Shown here: positions 51,735 to 52,157 of the stretch, one piece after another
Layout: every line of letters begins with the position of its first letter
Numbering within the stretch: the stretch's first letter is position 1
Assembly: GCA_050293845.1 (NCBI GenBank)
Contig: JBNKNM010000012.1
Span: 12,566-64,722, forward strand
Direction of reading: 5' to 3'
DNA length: 52,157 nt
Origin: Pseudobacteriovorax sp.
GTDB taxonomy: Bacteria; Bdellovibrionota_B; Oligoflexia; Oligoflexales; Oligoflexaceae
Program-made: the position numbers and the translations under genes
Notes under the pieces: model-generated
What the model saw: only the letters and a program-made list of their open reading frames with translations
Database searches by the model: none
Told to the model about the DNA's origin: nothing

Positions 51735-51769
51735 GTGCTGCTGCAAGAATTAGATATTTGCAGCAGCAC
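51735..51769. terminator. Strong hairpin downstream of the PPC-domain gene
   Basis: 12-bp inverted repeat GTGCTGCTGCAA/TTGCAGCAGCAC; no clear U-tract. Confidence 0.5.
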
Positions 51770-51905
51770 GGGGAAGAGAGTCCTATTAAGCGAACATCAG
51801 AACTGAGCGGATTTTCCTAGTTTTAGTCAGTATCCCAGATTTGGTTATTTCCTAAAAGATCATTTTTACAGTTCAACTGCCGAATATCAGTAGTAGCTAG
51901 CCCCA

Positions 51906-52157
51906 TTAGTAATCGGCAACGATGGAAACACCACTGTATTGAATATATCCACGTATCATAATGTGATATGTTCCGGAGGCATTAGAGAAGGAGCATTCCT
52001 CGTTGTTACCATTTGTGTATGGCCGACAATCATAGGAAAGTGTAGTTGGGTCTGACCCTTTTTTAACGTAAAGATCTGAATCACCTGAGCCACCAGAAGT
52101 CTTGATTGTTAGATTGGTTGTTTCGGTGAGGACAACTTTTAAAAATTTATCAGATCC
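51906..52157 (-). CDS. C-terminal PPC (bacterial pre-peptidase C-terminal) domain of a secreted protein, truncated by the window
   Basis: Own translation: TSGGSGDSDLYVKKGSDPTTLSYDCRPYTNGNNEECSF..GTYHIMIRGY..YSGVSIVADY*; absent from the ORF track. Confidence 0.9.
   Translation of the reverse strand, partial: GSDKFLKVVLTETTNLTIKTSGGSGDSDLYVKKGSDPTTLSYDCRPYTNGNNEECSFSNASGTYHIMIRGYIQYSGVSIVADY

Overview
Bacterial chromosomal window of about 52 kb. The gene set (7TM-DISM/CheA-like kinase, YheU, FxsA, pseudo-receiver/TPR proteins, sigma28-type promoters) suggests Bdellovibrionota/Oligoflexia; this is inference. It opens with a chemotaxis-like operon: two tandem cheA genes, cheW, cheB, two odd accessory genes, cheY and cheR. 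Housekeeping genes include parE/parC and aspS. There are several transporters (EamA, RND plus TolC, MFS), a cobalamin riboswitch ahead of a TonB-dependent receptor, two secreted nucleases (S1/P1-like and animal-DNase-I-like), a CARNMT1-like methyltransferase and a DedA-lipase fusion. The window ends with a decayed transposase and the PPC tail of a secreted protein. The best candidate for an undescribed system is a four-gene exported operon at 20716..15456 on the minus strand. It encodes a heme-c PSD-like protein, a lipoprotein, a twin-arginine DUF1501-like protein and a heme-c lipoprotein, and sits downstream of two sigma28-like promoters. Its last gene is split by an exact 61-bp tandem duplication that may be an assembly artefact. 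All calls come from motif recognition by eye; no searches were run.
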